Shown here one piece after another: positions 63,939 through 64,000 of a DNA stretch of 64,000 nucleotides. Source of the DNA: Synechococcus sp. (lineage in GTDB: Bacteria > Cyanobacteriota > Cyanobacteriia > PCC-6307 > Cyanobiaceae); the NCBI GenBank assembly GCA_047285805.1, contig JBJBCN010000003.1, positions 544,001-608,000 of the forward strand, written 5' to 3'. Each line of letters begins with the position of its first letter. Position 1 is the first letter of the stretch. The position numbers and the translations under genes were made by a program. The notes under the pieces are model-generated. The model was not told the origin of the DNA. It was given only the letters and a program-made list of their open reading frames with translations, and did no database searches.

Positions 63939-64000
63939 TTACGACCGGGGCTTCGCGCCGAACTGTTCAATCAGAACTTCCTTCAGAACAGCTTGGATTT
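63939..64000 (-). CDS. nirA: 3' end of probable ferredoxin-nitrite reductase (partial)
   Basis: ...IQAVLKEVLIEQFGAKPRS* resembles the cyanobacterial NirA C-terminus; expected position upstream of focA. Confidence 0.7.
   Translation of the reverse strand, partial: IQAVLKEVLIEQFGAKPRS

Overview
High-GC picocyanobacterial chromosome segment, probably Synechococcus/Cyanobium (inferred from gene content and order). Most of the window is core genome: spoIID-like, GT2, dnaX, clpX, clpP, tig, asd, dapA, rnj, tilS, ycf23, uvrB, sps, LCP, purT, mraY, argG, rpsF, aroE, dnaK, pstS, psbQ, purU, ClC, acnB, DAHP synthase, a group-2 sigma factor and ppk1. From about 49.7 kb to the end lies a molybdenum-cofactor and nitrate/nitrite/cyanate assimilation cluster with NtcA boxes (moaC, moeA, moaE, moaD, moaB, tauE-like, moaA, mobA, nrtP, narB, narM, cnaT-like, cynS, HEAT protein, focA, 3' end of nirA). 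The most unusual part is 21.9-24.7 kb. There, an integrase-less ~2.1 kb islet is bounded by a perfect 21-bp direct repeat that equals the first 7 codons of a conserved small gene. The islet carries tandem candidate sRNAs with a shared GACC/GGTC-hairpin, AGGG, terminator layout (a further copy lies just outside), an uncalled metallothionein, a His-tailed DUF3721-like gene with TGA at a Cys position, and several microproteins. Also notable are a perfect orphan CIRCE element, a 49-aa internally repeated peptide between nirA and focA, and two broken genes. All family assignments come from motif recognition, not database searches.
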